Positions 26,170 to 40,100 of a stretch of DNA of 64,000 nucleotides are shown here, in pieces. The stretch is from Schmidtea polychroa (lineage: Eukaryota), in assembly GCA_044892525.1 (NCBI GenBank), contig CM097885.1, forward strand, positions 217,372,001-217,436,000, given 5' to 3'. A program made the translations under genes and the position numbers. Under the pieces are notes generated by a model. The model was given only the letters and a program-made list of their open reading frames with translations. It made no database searches and was not told where the DNA came from. Position 1 is the first letter of the stretch. Every line of letters begins with the position of its first letter.

Positions 26170-26780
26170 TTTACGATGTTGCGAGATCTGCTCTAATAAA
26201 AAGATCAATCAGAAAAGAACTAAGGAAACATTTATTCTTAGATATAGCTCTGAATTCCTAGAATAAATTGTTATAGACGTGGTCTATGTGGAAAAATACG
26301 CCATCAAAAATATATTGTAGTAATGGTGGACTGGTTTAGTAAACTGTTTTCTTTAACTGCAATCACAAAGCAAGACGAAGGGACAATTTTCAAGACGATA
26401 CTTAATAGTTGGATCTATCGATTCGGAAAACCGAAGAGCATTTTAACAGATAGATGCCGCAATTTCGAAATGAATTTCTAAGACAGAAGCTACAGAAACT
26501 TGGAATCAAATAGGAATTCAGCTCACCTTACCAGCACCAATCAAGTGGTTTAACCGAAAGAGATATACGAACGATAGATCTTATCACAACAACATTGGCA
26601 GGTGGATGTGAAGAGAGAAACTGGTATGAACTTCTACATAGAATAGAGTTCACTATAAATGGCAGTCGACAGAATTTAAAATTATCAGATTTCTATCACC
26701 TCATCTAGTCGAACTACGTTCACAAGAAGGCCCGAAAAAAAGAGAGATCGAGTGGCTGAAGAAATGGAAAAATTCTTAAG
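26170..26780 (+). pseudogene. Ty3/Gypsy integrase fragment
   Basis: CCEIC (zinc-binding end), KYIVVMVDWFSK, WIYRFGKPKSILTDRCRNF, FSSPYQHQSSGLTERDIRTI: rve D,D,E core with frameshifts and stops. Confidence 0.88.
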
Positions 26781-27244
26781 AAGTGGAGATATGGATATTT
26801 GAATTAATTTTTTCAAATAAAGGATTTGTCACGTTTTTTGAAAAATTAAAAGCTTGTGAATAATAATAAATTTATGACGAATTTGCAGAATTTTAAAATC
26901 GAGTTGGATTTAACTATAATAATTGTATTTTTTTAAATATTATTAACAGATGCTTGGGATCAACACTTCATAAATGTAGAATAATAATAATAATAATAAA
27001 TGATTACAATAATAATAATAAAACATGATAAAAATATAAGAATAATGAACGTCACATTGTCAATACCTCCTTTATAATTTAATTATTATTTAATTATTAT
27101 AATTTAATTATAATATTTTCAACTTGATAAGTTAAAAGTATATATTTAAAATTAAAGTTTTAATATCAAATGTAAAATAAATTAATTTTAAATATTTGTT
27201 TAAATAATCTAAGTAATTTTTTTGAAATATTTAATTCAAAAATT

Positions 27245-28979
27245 ATGCATCGGCATATTAGATCTCCCGGATTTAGAGATTCTTATTCTCCTGCCAATAT
27301 TTCAAAAGGAAATCACGAATATGACAGAAATTCTAGACAAACTAATCGCTATAAAGATAAAATACGATCATTATGCATAAGCAATATTCCTAATAAAATT
27401 TCGGATCCATTTTTAATAAATTTTATAGAGAAGGAGTTTTCACGTTTTGGAGATTATAATCTTAGTATTGCTCCATTCAATGGAGAGAGAGTTGCATATG
27501 TTAATTACAAGTATGGTTCAGTCTTGTTTATTAACCAATCATTGTTTGAATTAAAGAAATTCAGAAGATGCGGCAGAAGCTTTAGAATGCCTTCAAAATT
27601 TGGAAGTAGACTCCCGCTTAGTTACGATTACACCCGTATTTGCAAATTTACGACGCCATTCTCCACAAGTACAACATCGTCGGTCTAGATCTCCAGTACC
27701 TGTCAGGTACAATCGAAATAATCACAAAATTTTACACCGAGAGTCATCATCGGAAATTTCTGAAAGACGATCCCGATCTAATAGTCTGCGTATTGGGTAC
27801 CGAGATAAAAACCAATATGACACTTTACCAACGCGAACTTTATTTTTGGGAAATCTCAGTTATGATGTTGATGTTGAAATTCTACGAAGAAAATTTGAAA
27901 AATGTGGTGATATTAGTGACATTGACATCAAACGACCTGCTATAGGAAGACAAGGAAATACATACGCGTTTATTAAGTATGCGACTCTTGATATGGCTAC
28001 TCGTGCGAAACATGAACTTGATGGTCAATTTATCGGTGGAAGTCAAGTAAAAATTGGTTACGGTAAACCTCTTCCATCAACCTGTGTTTGGATTGGTGGT
28101 TTGGGTCCTTGGGTGATATTTGAAGAATTAGAACGAGAAATAATTCGATTCGGCAATGTCAAAAGAATAGAATGGCCACGCAATAAAAACTATGCATACG
28201 CTATTTATGATACTGTAAGCGATGCTGTCACAGCAGTTGAAAATTTACGAAATGTTTCACTTGGTAATGAGCACAAACGATTAAGGGTTGACTTTTCTGA
28301 TATGTCTTATTTTACATACGACTGTAAATTGGATCGATATCATAAAAAATCCCGAAGGTCAATTTCAAAGCCCTACAACTCTCCTCAATCTAAACCAAAA
28401 ATGTCTTTAGAAACAGCTAAAAATACTCTCCAATTGGCAGATTGTCTACGCGGAATCTGGACTGGGAAAATAATTTTGAAGAAGAATAATTTCGGTTGTA
28501 AATTTTATAAATTCAAGGGAGATGATTCGTTAGTGACGGATTTTATGTTTGAAGAAAAACGTAACTCTTTCCATCCTATTCCATTGGCCCTTACTATAAC
28601 ACAGAGAATGGTAATCGATTCAGAGAAAATAAAGGAAATCAGAACACGGATAGATTCATTGAGGAGTCGGGAATATTGTATCATGTTTGCAACGTCATTC
28701 GTTCTAAATACAACTCTAATGGACGACGCGCTCCACCCTCACAAACCGATCCAAAATTTAATTGATTATCTACGATTAAAAAACAGTTCAGGAGTCGTTT
28801 TTCTCAAGTCGAACTCATCTAATAATTCCGATGTGTCGAAAGGAACTCTGGCTCTTCATATTTTCCCGCCGTGCGATTTTGTATTCGATATTTTAAACTG
28901 CAAAGCTCCGAACTTGATACAAAAATGTATGATGGATGATTTTGTATTGATTTTATTAATGCAGCACGTTGTTGTTTAA
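27245..28979 (+). CDS. RBM15: RBM15/Spenito-like RNA-binding protein (3 RRM + SPOC), 562 aa; exons 27245-27510 and 27557-28979
   Basis: A 46-bp GT-AG intron (27511-27556) joins the two track ORFs in frame (..AYVNYK|NSEDAAEAL..). RRM2/3 motifs PTRTLFLGNL..YAFIKY..KIGYGKPLPSTCVWIGGLGPW and LRVDF. C-terminal SPOC-type region with ..LHIFPPCDF. Confidence 0.93.
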
Positions 28980-29341
28980 ACTGCTGTATGAGTGTATGTA
29001 TATGAAAATTGTTCGCTATATTCATTGTAATTTCCAATATATTATTTTTTTGTAATTTATTGATTTTGAATTTCATATAGAATTAATTTTTTCTGATTAT
29101 TGTATTGTCTTCTTATATTTGTCAGTATTGAAACAAACATTTTTCTTTAAATTTTATAAGTTGTTTCTGGTTAATTAATATAAAATTATATTTTATATTT
29201 AACGATCATATAATATATGCGATTATTTTAGTAATTAACTTGGTAAATAAAAATTGTTAGTCCATCATATTATTACTCGAAATAAATTGGCATCCATTGT
29301 CAACGTTAAAGCGTTTTGAATTTGCGAAAAGGCCACTAGAT

Positions 29342-29590
29342 CAGTGGTGGCCAACCCAAATCAATCGAAGGGCCAAATTTTCGGAAAAATACTATCACGG
29401 GCCACAATAAATTCATTTAAATAAATAATACTTCGTTTTTACGATTCAAGTAAACTTAGAATTAATTTTTTTAATTAAAAACATGCTTAATTCGAATATG
29501 AATTCTAAAAAGACAATTATTGATTTGATGTTTAAAATTGTGTCCGGGCCACATCAAAAGGCTTCGCGGGCCACCGGTTGGCTATGGCTG
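29342..29590 (+). mobile_element. 249-bp hAT MITE, copy 1
   Basis: Ends CAGTGGTGGCCAACC..GGTTGGCTATGGCTG. TSD CACTAGAT/CATTAGAC (6/8). Near-identical inverted copy at 49023-49271. Confidence 0.9.
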
Positions 29591-31188
29591 CATTAGACGG
29601 TAAATCGGTAACTTGGTCTTGTAAAATGATCCTTAAAATTGGAGCAGTCGAAGGCAATTTTACAAGAACAAGATTTGTTCACAATCACAGCCAGAACTTG
29701 CATTTTCGATTTCCTCTCATAAAATTATGCTGATCATTTTATTAACTTTTCAATTTCGCTTAAACAGAATATGTTTAATGAGTGTATAATTTACGATAAA
29801 TTCCGACTGCCGTATTTCCTAACAAACACAATTTACAAAATTATATACGATCTTTATATACTAATTTTAAGTGTAGCAATTTGTAGTGGAACACAAACAA
29901 AATATATGAGGACTTTAATGGACCGTAATGACCACATGGACCGTGAAGTGAATCGGACACATCTTCCATCAAAAGTCGGCTGACCCATGAAAATGTAAGT
30001 AATGTTTTTAATTTATTTTTGCATTTTGTTACCATGAAATGTTATTTTTATTTATTTGGAGATAAAAAATTAATTTTAATTTTTAACGTGTTTTATTAAT
30101 TAGGTGTTTTATTGTGAATTTTAAATAAACTTGGTGCAGCTGCATGTGTAGACATACAACTAATTCGAATAAAGATTTTATTCACAAGAACATTGAAATA
30201 AATAATTGATATATCTGCTCCAATAGTCAATGTACCAACGAAAGCATGGACACTCGATGTGGCGATTATATGGAGATTGTTGAAGATCTTGACCATCACC
30301 AGAGAGATCATAGCTAATAAAACGAAGGCTTCAGTTTCTTGAATGTCTGACATATTTGCCTTATTGATTCTTACGAGATTTAATGATTGGGAAATTGAAT
30401 GTTTCATTGTTTTTTTTATATTGAATTTGATTTTGGAAAAAAAGTGAGGACTAGTTAAGCAATGATTTTTAATTTAATTTTAATTTAATTAATTTAATAT
30501 ATGTTAAGTTCAATTATTAAATTGATAAAAATGGGAGCCAGAGGCATTACAGCATGTATTTTATGTTTCGACGATTTAAAACAATCCATAATTCCCCTAG
30601 TTCTAGCCCAACTAATATTTATCTTAATAAACATTATATTATTAATTATTAAAAGTATGTAAACCATTTGTTGGTATAGCCTGTGTATAAAATGACTGTA
30701 ACAATTATCAGGAATAAATCTCGTCTAAATAAATTATGTAAAGTAATTTTAAATCCTAAATGACATACTCTCATCGTTGAAATAATGGAAATTGAGAAAC
30801 CTTCATCAATAATTTTAATAGAATTATCTGAAATCAAACTCATCATAAATGAAATATATGGAAAATATTTATTAAAGCCTGTATTTATGAAACATGACTG
30901 CAAAAAATTTCAAAATAGGAAAAGAAGGTTGTTAGAAACGTTGGTACAAGTTCGGAATCTCCCCACAGCAAATGATGCATGTGACCTATACCCTTAGACG
31001 CTGTACCCCTAGGGGTCAAAACATCCTGTCGGATAGTCTACGACTATATAAGGTAAGACGAATAAATATTTTTATTTAATATTTATTTTTGCCCTCCAAA
31101 AATTGGCCAATCATTTGATGGGGGGAATTCCGAACTTGTACCGAAACGTTTGTGTTTATGCTTTATGATTAAATCAACTTCAGAAAAT

Positions 31189-34100
31189 ATGGAGATTTCT
31201 AAGTCCGAAGCAAAGAAAAGTCACTGGGACGCTGCGAATACAGTAGCAAGTCGGCTACCAGCGGTTGCCAGTAATAGAAACTCTAATTTTGGAAAACTAA
31301 ATAAAGTTGCTATTCAATCTTTAAAAGAGTATTCAATTAAACTATGAATATTTTAATATGTTTTAGACTCACAGATCTCATCGATGACATGAAAGGCAAC
31401 GTAATTCCTCGACATGAAATGCTTCTAACCTTGCATAAAGTTGTTGGTAACTTATCAGCAGTCATTGATATTAATAAGTGAGAATTAATTCCCAAAGTGT
31501 CTTTGTATTTAAAGTAATTTATTAGCCTAGATATGAATGATGCTGAATCAGAAGAGGAAGAAGACGACTATCAGGTTCCGAAAGAAGTGCAAGATTGGAT
31601 TCAATATACTTTCATGGTTCATGAAGAAAATCCAAATAGCCGAAAATCATCTTCCCAAAGAAAAAATTTACAAAAAAATGATTTTAAGTAAATAAAGGTT
31701 TTATATGCAACAAATATTATTAAATGAGAACAAACTTCATAACTTATTTAATTTTGTCTACGCTTAGAATATTTGTTAAATATTTACTACAATGAAGCTG
31801 AAAAAAGAACTAATTTGAAAGAGTTCAAAATGTCAAATAGTGCGAACATAGTTATGTTTGTCAAAAGTTTTCCACCAATGGAAATTTGGAGCGCTAACTT
31901 TCAGTATTTTGTATTATTTAATTCATCATTATGCATTGATAAACGTATGAATCAACTACATTCTCTTCATATTTTTATATTGTAAATAAAGCACGACGAA
32001 TTGTAGCCCAGCCATCTCATATACTCTGATCTCGCGGAAGAGCATCATGTGAAATATAAAAAATATTCTTTTACACAAACTTGTGTGTTGATTTTTACTG
32101 TTTCGTGGAACAATATAATTATATATTTCACATCTGGTCCCGCTTAATATCAATTTTTATAATGAAAAAATCAATAGATTTAACCCTTAATAATCTTAAT
32201 TATATTTTTAAAATATAATGAACGAACTATTATTTCTCAAAAAACCTCATTAGAATACATCAATTGCTCGTTACAGCTCGACTGAGGTTTTTGTACACAC
32301 ATAAACACTTCTCGACACAATTTGTTTATAGAAACAAGTACAAAGTGCAAATAACGAACCGATGCACTGTGATGCCAAATCGCATCACTAGGTTGATATG
32401 GGTTAATATTACACCAAAGCGAAATTGATAAGCGTATAAATGACATTTAGAGTTTCAATAATACACCTGATTTTATGGAATAGTATAATCTATAAGAAGG
32501 GAAAATTGACCTGATTCATCGTCACTCATAATAATTATTTCAATTATTATCATATTTTGAACGTATAGTTTATTAGGGTATCAGCCAGTCTTCCGATATA
32601 TATTTACTGAAACATCGATATATTTACTGATTCATAGTCTAAGCTTTTTAATAAATACAATGAAAAAGAAATCAGTGNNNNNNNNNNNNNNNNNNNNNNN
32701 NNNNNNNNNNNNNNNNNNNNNNNNNNNNNNNNNNNNNNNNNNNNNNNNNNNNNNNNNNNNNNNNNNNNNNNNNNNNNNNNNNNNNNNNNNNNNNNNNNNN
32801 NNNNNNNNNNNNNNNNNNNNNNNNNNNNNNNNNNNNNNNNNNNNNNNNNNNNNNNNNNNNNNNNNNNNNNNNNNNNNNNNNNNNNTTAATTTTACGATAC
32901 AATTTGATCTACATATTACTCTGAATTTATATTGTGATAAATACCTAAATATTTGATTTAAATTCAGATATACAGATATGTAATTTATATATAAACTACT
33001 TAATTTATATGTGAACTATATATGAACTACCTTATTTAAAATGTATACTTGACATACTTCAACAGGTGAATCAACAAGTAAATGGGAAGGAAGAATCACC
33101 TGCACTGGTGATTCTTCAATAATGGTGAAAATTATGTGTCGTAATTAATGTCGTGGTTGCTGGAAAGAGGTGTAAAGTGTTAGTAGACTCAGGGGACTTG
33201 CAGACAATTGTAAGATCCAATCTATGCAGTGACTTATCAAGAAGACACAAAATGGAGACAGTTAATGGGCAGGCAATTCGATGCAGGGGCGATGCACTAG
33301 TGATGGTTGGTGTAGGAGAGTATAAGGTAAAATCAATAATAATGGATAAGTTTGTTCAGAGGGTAGGTGTTATTATTGGGATAGATTTGATTCTGCAACT
33401 CGGCAGAATGAGAGTAACCAGAATAGGAATCGTATTCAACAATACAAGAAATAGCCAGAGTAGCGGCAGTAGGTACGAATCTGAATGTTGTTATTGAAAA
33501 TCCGGATTTTTGTGCTTCATTTGAAGGAGGTAAATGGAACGTAGTATAGAAATTGAAATGCTGAGCGGCCAGTTTTGAAAAGAAGAATTGAAAATTATGG
33601 AATCAAAAAAGAGATGAGACAAATTTGAAGAGGCAATCGAAAAGCGGATTAACATAGGTTGGTTGCAAAAGTACAGGGGCGATGAGTCCTGGTCCGCGAC
33701 TTCCGAGAACTAAATGAATATATTCAAAGTTACTCTGAAAATAGCACAGTCTGCCATGAAAGCTTACGAAAATGAAGGCAAATGGGTGAGAATTAGATTT
33801 TATTAAACTTAAAAAAAGTTTATCTACAATTGCACGTAGATGAATCACTGTGCAAATTTCAAGATATTAGGTTTAATAGTATTAATTACAATTGGACTAG
33901 TTTAGGATGTGGTCTTAGTAGTGCATCAAAAATTATGTCAGCAACTTTGGGAAAAGTGTTATAAATGGATGAATCAATCAATAAGGCGTGCGACCATTAT
34001 ATTGATGATATCGCGTAGATGCATCATCAATAAACGTTGAACGGGTCGTGGGACATTTGCAGAAGTTGTAATTAAACGACGGTTAGCAATAATAGGGGAG

Positions 34101-37100
34101 ATTGTTTTCGAATTCGAGTTGGAAATCATGGTTACATGGGTAAGATCAGAAATTAATAAACCTGATATAATTACTAGGATTAACAAAAATTGGATGAAAA
34201 TTTCTCAGAAAAGACATTGTCAATAAATGAAATCCGTACGAGACACATGAACCACAGCATTTTGGTATAGATAAATAAGTTTACTTTATACATAGTGAAA
34301 ATTCGGAAAAACCAAAATCCACATTCATAAAAGCGGTCAAAGAATGTAGAGCAATCGACGCTGTAATGTGGGACACAGGCACATCGGAAGTTCAGGATAA
34401 TTGGAAGAGAATCGCAATAGACACATCATAAGAATAAAACTTACATCAGTATCGTTGACTGTGCCTCATTCGGTTTGCTATTTGAAGAGGGGTAGACTGA
34501 AAGTTCACTGAGTGTGTTGTCTCAAATATCGAACAGATAATGAGGAAAAGAGGTCCCGTGGATGAAATTTCATGTGATAACGATAAAGTATTTTGATGTA
34601 CAAATTTAAAAACGATGTGATAAATTTGGAATAAAGCTAATATTTAGATGTATTAATCAACCATCTGGCAATGGAATCGTCGAACTCAATCACCGAACTC
34701 TCAAAAGAATGACAACAAGATGCAATAAAGTCCACTAGATATGGTGTTTTGGTACAATGTTGCGCCACTCAGAAATGGTGTTGCTTTTTTCAGCACCGAT
34801 AGCAGGAGTACATTCGTATTTATGGCGTTTTTTAAACCATCATGCTGAAGAAATACAAGTAAATTGTCGGTTTACATTAGGACAGCAGATATTTATCAAA
34901 CCTCTGGTAGTTAAGTGTACTTCGAAATGGGACATGAGAGTGGTAAAAAAGCCATTTCCGCCTCAAAGGTAGACGTTGTTGGTGTTCCAAGATCAGGTGA
35001 AGGGATCAATGCGGAACAAAAGTTGAACAAGAAAAAAGATAAGAAGGAATCAACCCAATGGTTTATGCCACAATCGAATTTGTTTTGATAATCAGATTTT
35101 GAAGCGGAATAGATTTTTAAATTGCATATATTATTTTTCGTTATTTAGATGAAATGTACATTAGACATACGCATATCCCAACCACTTTGTCAAAAAATTA
35201 TTATTTGGCTTATTTAGTTAACCAAAATATAAATTATTATTTAATAAAAAATGTCTGACAATTTGTATTTATTGTAAACAATTGCATTATAGCAGTGTTA
35301 CTCAACCTAAAACGTAATGCCGACCAAAAATCTATCTTTTCATTGTACGCGGACCAATTTTATTTTTTTCTAGGCCCACTATCGGGTCGCGGATCAGTGG
35401 TTGATAAACGCTGCATTATAGTATTTAAATGACATTTAGATCATTAGTTTTAGTAAGAATTATTATTTTCATGTTCATTTATCTGTTAATTTATCATTTA
35501 AACTAGATTTTTTTTTGCAAAAATGTATTAAAAATACTGAATCCTAATGATAGAAAGTCAAATAATATTTGTGAACTTTTAAATTTTTCAGTGATCTAGG
35601 AGGAAATTTGTCTATGAGCATTGATGTCGATCCCATTCCACCAGAAATCCTGATTGTTTTAGAGGTAATATATATGGGAATAGATGTATTATTAATAAAA
35701 AGTCTGTAAAATTATTGAAATCATATCTTTATTTTCAATTTTTTTTCAAAGTTAATTAAAATTAAATTATCTCAAATAAAGAAAAAGTAATAATGATAGT
35801 TTTGTAGGAACATAAGACTAATTGGTAAAATATATTGGTCATTGTTGGTTTTATAAATTTCTTCATAAGTAAATCGAGTAAATTTGAGCAGCTCCAACGT
35901 TTCCATTTCTATTGGACTAACGAATTCAAACTCTTTGTACAAAGTGTATTTGATGTTTTGGAGATTTTGCTTCACAATACATTTCATTGAGAATCTTTGA
36001 CCAATAACATATTGTTTAGGCGAAGATACGATATTTACAGAGTATCCTACTGATTGTATATTGTAATCGATTGATTTTCGTTCTTCTTATTCTTATTTAC
36101 GGTAATGACTTTCTGATGCTTCCAATTTCATTGTTGAACCAGTTTCAGTAGTTCATTTATAATATCTTTTTAAATGTAAAATTAAACTAAAAGTAGAAAT
36201 TCTAAATAATTATAAATATATATTATAAATGTACTATAAATAAACTTTTCAACTTTATTTCATGCCATTTAAAGTAACAGCACAATTCATCACACGCTCA
36301 AAACGAGCAGTATTTAGTTTAATTTTACATTTAAAAAAATATTATTTTATATTTTTCATTTTAAAAAATTGTTTTTTATTACGATAGCTATTATCTTTTG
36401 TGACCCAAATATTGGTCTTATAAAATTCTGATCTCATGACAAAATTATTTAATTTAATGATTAAACATTTTGATAAAGATGATGAAACATTTAGGAAAAC
36501 CCTGTATATCTATAATATATATATATATATATATTTTTTCAATTTTTTCCCAATTTTCACATTGATTTAATTCTATAATTTACATTGTAAATTTTTAATC
36601 CAATTTTAAAATCTTCATCAGTCCAACCACCACCATCTCCATATTTCTCTAGTTTGACCCTTGACTAAATATAATTGAATAAGCTTGATATATAGAAATA
36701 CTAATAAAATAATGGAAATTTTCACACCGGAAATATTTTATTTCCATTAGTAATAGTTTGTTATGTTAACAGACATATGTACTCATAAACAAGGTTAATA
36801 TAATGTCATAGGGTGATATGCGATTTGTTTTATTGTGTTCATAACTTAGTGATATAACTAATGCATTTATTAAAACAAATTGTTGCTAGTTAGTAAAATT
36901 ATTATTTAATATAATTTTAGAGCAATAAGTTGTGGTATTCTGATATTTTCGAAATTGGTGAATTATCTAAAGGCCATGCGTTGAAAATTGTATTTAACTA
37001 TTACCTACAAAAGTATAATTTTTTCAGCATCTTTCGAGTAAATATAGTAAATATATTTTTTACTATTTACATGTAAGTTTGTAGATTTCTCCTAAGGCAT

Positions 37101-40100
37101 TCAACTCATTTATGAACCATATTGAATTCGGATATGAAAGAAATAACAATCCGTATCATAATATATTACATGGAGCAGATGTTCTAAATACCATTCATAC
37201 ATTAATGGTTTTAAGTACCATTATAGTAATATTTTCTTGTTAATTTTGTTTAAATAAACGGAAAAACTTTATATAACGTAAATGTCAAATATAGCTGGGA
37301 AAGGATTACTGCTGAATCCGTGATCAAAAGTATTAATCTCAAAATTTTCTCTTCAAATACTTTCACTACCCCTCCATGTTTTTGACTTTTGATAATGGTC
37401 CATCCATTACTGATTCTAACCCTCAAATTTATTTGACATTTTCAAAATTGTTTGATTACTGGATCTCGTGGCAACAGAGGCTTTATTTTTTATCACATGT
37501 AAATTCAAAGTATTTCAAAAGATAATTAATTAAAATTTTTTAATAATTTTAAAGATATTAAAACAAGAATTTAAAATTTTCCCAAATTGAATAAACTAAA
37601 ATAAAATTTCTTTTGTTTATCATGCAATTATTTTTAGAGTTATCAATAACTTAAAATATGTTATGAAAAACTAAAAAAAATTTTTTAGAAATTTTGTATT
37701 TATAGAAGTTTAACTAAATCAATTCTGAACTATATTCGGTCGACTACAAAATATTCATTGAAATCTTCATAAGAGGCTGCATATGTATTTTAAACAATAA
37801 GTGCAAAATTCAGTTAATATTGCAAATTATCTTCATTAAAATTTAATGTTTCATATAAGTTTACGCTGTTGTCCAGAGTAGTACAATTATTATGGATATT
37901 AACCATTTGCGGTCCTATGTCGAGCCTGACTCGACAATCCTATAATTAGTCACTAGAAGGTTCAGATTTCGTATGTATTTTGTATGATTGTCATAAAATA
38001 AAATTTTAATTCCAAAAAATACTTTTATTAAAAAAACTCAATTTAATTCAAGAAAATCATATATACAAAAAATCATTAAAACAATTGTGGACCTGGTAGG
38101 TAACTGTTTTTTACGGACCGCAAAGGGTTAACAATAATTGTAGTGAGTCTGAAAAATTATATCGTTTTATGAAATCATATATAACTATTTGCTGAAAACG
38201 TAAGACTAGATGTTACATAATAAGTGTAGATATTTATTTTTTAAATAATACACGAATGCATGTATTGGCTCAAGATAATTTCTGCACTATTACACCCCCG
38301 GTTAACGTTGTTAAATGGTTCCAGAAAAATACGAAGTTAACTGTAACAGTGTCATACGACGCAATCCTTGTATAAAAATTACTGCTATTAAACAAATTTT
38401 GTGGCGATGAAAATTTACATAATTAAGAAAACATTGCGCAATTTAATAGATTTTTAAAAATTAAGATTGCGAAAAATAAGATTTTAATTGTATGAGAATA
38501 AAATAAATTTATGATAAAATATATTTTTTTATTTAATTAAATATTAAAAATAGATTAATTCAAATACTTAAAAAAATTATTAAAAAAAACTATTTTATTA
38601 CGATTTCAGACGATTCACTTGAATAACTAGAAATAAAACAAAAACTTCACTTGAGCAATGTGATTCAAATGAAAATTATGTACCAAAATAGATTTTGAAA
38701 AAACAACACTTGCTTAGAATTATGGAAAAAATTTACATATAAAACTTGTTACTGCGGAACCACGCGAAGTTATATGGGATTAAGTCTATAATGGTAGACC
38801 AACGATTATCGTTGAACGATATTTTCGGCAACGTTTATTGGGGCATTTCTGTATTCGTTGTTTCCCAATGTTTTAATTGTCATTAATTGTCTCCTGGTAG
38901 AATAGAAATTGAAATAATTGTACTTTGTTTAACCCAGATTTTTTTAAAAATTTTTTTTGCAGAAATAGATTTAATTGGTTATCAAAACGAAGTAAAAATT
39001 ACCAACAATATTTTGTTTACCTACCTGTAGAGATAAACTTGATAATATCGGTGGTAGTCAAATGATGAACGTGGGTCTTAAAGGTAACTAGATAAATTAA
39101 TATAATGGACATTCAATAATATAAACAATAGGGTCATCATTTGACTACCATGGGTGCTAATGGGTTAAGTTTAAGCATTTTATCGGCTGTTATTAGAAAT
39201 TAGACCTTAAATCTGAATATAACAATTATCATTCATGGTTATTTATGTGGTTCATAAGGTATACATGATTCATTTAGTACACGGAATCTTAAATAATACT
39301 CAATGTAGATGTCATAAATGTGCATTGTAGCATATTAAATACTTTTGAAATATTTTGCATTGTTAAAATCATGAGAAAAATAATGTTTAAAAATGTGGAT
39401 CATTGAATACAGATTTTGAATAGTTTGGATACTGAATGTGTTAATTGTCAGTGGTTAAATATCATATAATATATTTAAAACGACTAGGCGTCCCAGATTA
39501 TGCAGGACTTTCCAGGATTTAAATCATATGTCCTGCATTGAAAATTGTTCCGGAAAGTGTCCAGTATTGCACATTTTACCTTATTATTGCTATCTATTTG
39601 TAAAGTAACTTTTCCAAATTAAATAACACTGCGTTGGTTTAACTGGTAACAATTATTTAAATTCAAAAATTCAAATGTTTCAATTCAACTATGTCATGAG
39701 CTTTTAGCGAATTCATATTGCTTAAGTATTTAAAAAAAATCTATTTCTATAATTGCTATTTCAGTTTAAAAAGTTTAAGTGTACAATACAAAAGTGCAAA
39801 GTTTAAATTTTTTTTATAATTGTGTCTGCAAAAAGTTTTTTTGCTTCTTCTTCCTTCTGTTTTTTGTAAGTTGTGTACAATATGATTATATATACAATAT
39901 GGTTAAATTATTAGTATACAGTCATTTTAAAAATGAAAATATGCAATTTAACTACTCTTTTAGTGAAGAATAGTGTTCTTGTCAAATTATTCCATAATGC
40001 ACACATTATTAGTGTGTATTCATACATAGGTCTAATATAAAGTAACCAAACGTCCCGGATTAGGCAGTTTTGATTTGAACATGTCCCGCATTCCAATAAA

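Noticed and set aside
27245-28979. RBM15 as a gene nested in a PDE intron
   Set aside because: The PDE start appears to be ATG 31189, with an upstream exon carrying an in-frame stop, so RBM15 lies upstream.
29600-30997. Small ORFs between RBM15 and the PDE (29771-29983, 29841-30035, 30096-30407, 30649-30903, 30785-30997)
   Set aside because: No recognisable motifs or consistent splicing; may be UTR or an unidentifiable small gene.
31768-31985. Extra PDE exon (IFVK resembles IFVER)
   Set aside because: The phase-2 reading stops after 8 codons, and the open frame is phase-incompatible with the flanking exons.
39480-40100. hAT-Ac-like terminal motifs (..CGTCCC(A/G)GATTA..GCAG twice)
   Set aside because: Same orientation, with no matching opposite end or TSD.
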